DNA of 64,000 nucleotides, taken from NCBI GenBank assembly GCA_910588015.1, contig CAJUOK010000003.1, forward strand, positions 79,742-143,741, read 5' to 3'. Positions within the stretch are counted from its first letter, which is position 1. The number at the start of each line of letters is the position of its first letter. The notes below the pieces were generated by a model. That model did not search any database. It saw only the letters and a program-made list of their open reading frames with translations, and was not told the origin of the DNA. Shown here piece after piece: positions 63,085 through 64,000 of this stretch. The translations under genes and the position numbers were made by a program. The DNA is from an uncultured Christensenellaceae bacterium (lineage in GTDB: Bacteria; Bacillota; Clostridia; Christensenellales; UBA3700).

Positions 63085-63098
63085 TGAACATTTGTTCG
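63085..63098. promoter_or_regulatory. LexA (Cheo-type) box TGAACATTTGTTCG
   Basis: Perfect GAAC-N4-GTTC. The core GAACATTTGTT is identical to the box at 40435-40448. It lies 19 nt upstream of a TTGCAT-N18-TATAAT minus-strand promoter. Confidence 0.55.
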
Positions 63099-63302
63099 TA
63101 AAATTAATTTGATTAAGATATTTATCGTCTATATGGGATATTTTTTGGACTTTGTTATAATCTTGAATAATTAAATTTAAGGATTTCGACGTAAGCGTAT
63201 TCTTAAAACCTTAACTGTTATTAAAATGTATCTTGACATAGTATTTTCTTAATGATAATATATTTATATAATTTTATTTATTTATATAAATTGGTGGAAG
63301 TT

Positions 63303-64000
63303 ATGAAAAAAAACATTTTTAAATTCTTTTGCGCATCAATATTGGCTATATCTTTGGCTGTCTGCGCAACGGCGTGCAATTCAAAAGACAACACAAACTT
63401 TTCTCAATACTCAAAAAGGTCTTATTCCACAACTTTCTCCGTGTTGTCGGACAAAAGAAACCCGTCAAGCAATTGGCGCGAAGGTATGGTGTCGGGCAAC
63501 GGACTACAAGGCTTTGTTACAAGCGGAGCTCCGTATAACGACACTTTGATTTATCAAAACATTCACTTTGTTTTGCCAAACAAAAACGCGAGAGAAAATC
63601 CAGTTTCTTATCAAGACCTGGATTACGTCAGACAAAGCATAGTCAACGGCGAGGACATTGTCGACAATCAAAGTTACGACGACGTATATACATATCACGC
63701 GGGCGCTACTTTGAGAATAAAACAAAATCAACCGTCGTCGCCTAGCGATTACCAACGCTTTACCGACTATACGACGGCTTGCGTAGGCGTAAAATATAGC
63801 GATATAAACGGCAAGTGGGAAAGATTAAGCTTTACATCCCAATGCGACAACGTTTCAATAAGCAAGATTTCTTCGTCGGACGCCGGAGTCAAAATCAACG
63901 CTACTCTGTCTATGGACAATATATCGAGTATGGCGAATTTCGGCAAGGGCAACGAAGTCGACTTGCGTTATAAAAAATTCGTCGACAATGACGCTACGGC
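63303..64000 (+). CDS. Lipoprotein, open to the window end; possibly a glycoside hydrolase (GH95-like N-terminus). Probable host gene.
   Basis: I translated this frame by hand from ATG 63303 and found no stop. Lipobox LAVC/ATAC. The SGNGLQG motif is reminiscent of the GH95 N-terminal GNG..G. TTGACA-N17-TAATAT promoter about 45 nt upstream. Absent from the ORF track because it is unterminated. Confidence 0.5.
   Translation, partial: MKKNIFKFFCASILAISLAVCATACNSKDNTNFSQYSKRSYSTTFSVLSDKRNPSSNWREGMVSGNGLQGFVTSGAPYNDTLIYQNIHFVLPNKNARENPVSYQDLDYVRQSIVNGEDIVDNQSYDDVYTYHAGATLRIKQNQPSSPSDYQRFTDYTTACVGVKYSDINGKWERLSFTSQCDNVSISKISSSDAGVKINATLSMDNISSMANFGKGNEVDLRYKKFVDNDAT

Noticed and set aside
1-64000. 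A search for a diversity-generating retroelement or retron near the tail fibre gene and the ncRNA.
   Set aside because: No reverse-transcriptase-like ORF (YxDD motif) and no template/variable repeat pair was seen.

Overview
Almost all genes in this window are on the minus strand, and it resolves into four parts.

(1) 1-40.45 kb is a temperate siphovirus-type prophage that runs off the left edge. Reading the minus strand from high to low coordinates, it contains:
- a LexA-type repressor, Y-family polymerase and YolD SOS cassette
- Zn-ribbon mini-proteins, a sigma-r4-like regulator and a 636-aa ImmA-like protein
- a replication/recombination module
- RusA, a late regulator and a ParE/Phd toxin-antitoxin pair
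- HNH, a probable cos region and TerS
- about 7.4 kb of cargo: a compact MetK-like SAM synthetase, a ParB-fused methyltransferase, an 803-aa multi-TRD m5C methyltransferase and four repeated promoter/terminator mini-cassettes
- TerL, portal, ClpP-type protease and HK97-type capsid
- connectors, major tail, a tail chaperone with a canonical -1 frameshift site, tape measure, Dit and Tal
- a holin and a PP-loop/PAPS-reductase-like gene

(2) 40.45-56.0 kb is an accessory/defence island. It holds a small plus-strand operon followed by an orphan promoter-to-terminator ncRNA candidate, and an XRE repressor with three operators next to a surface-protein gene. It also holds a six-gene operon: controller, m5C methyltransferase, McrB-like, McrC-like, a membrane-anchored helicase-IV-like protein and a 199-aa protein with ADP-ribosyltransferase-like R/S/ExE motifs. 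A WYL-regulator-led four-gene operon follows, with a Zn-ribbon/GIY-YIG protein and two unknowns. The last two operons are my best candidates for an undescribed system.

(3) 56.0-62.9 kb is a second, compositionally distinct phage packaging/head module (TerL, portal, scaffold, capsid). Its capsid gene ends abruptly at a repeat-rich junction, which suggests that parts 1 and 2 are inserted into another prophage.

(4) From 63.3 kb there is a probable host lipoprotein gene.

I found no integrase, tRNA, rRNA or CRISPR array in the window. All family calls come from motifs read by eye. No searches were run, so they need HMM, BLAST or structure confirmation.
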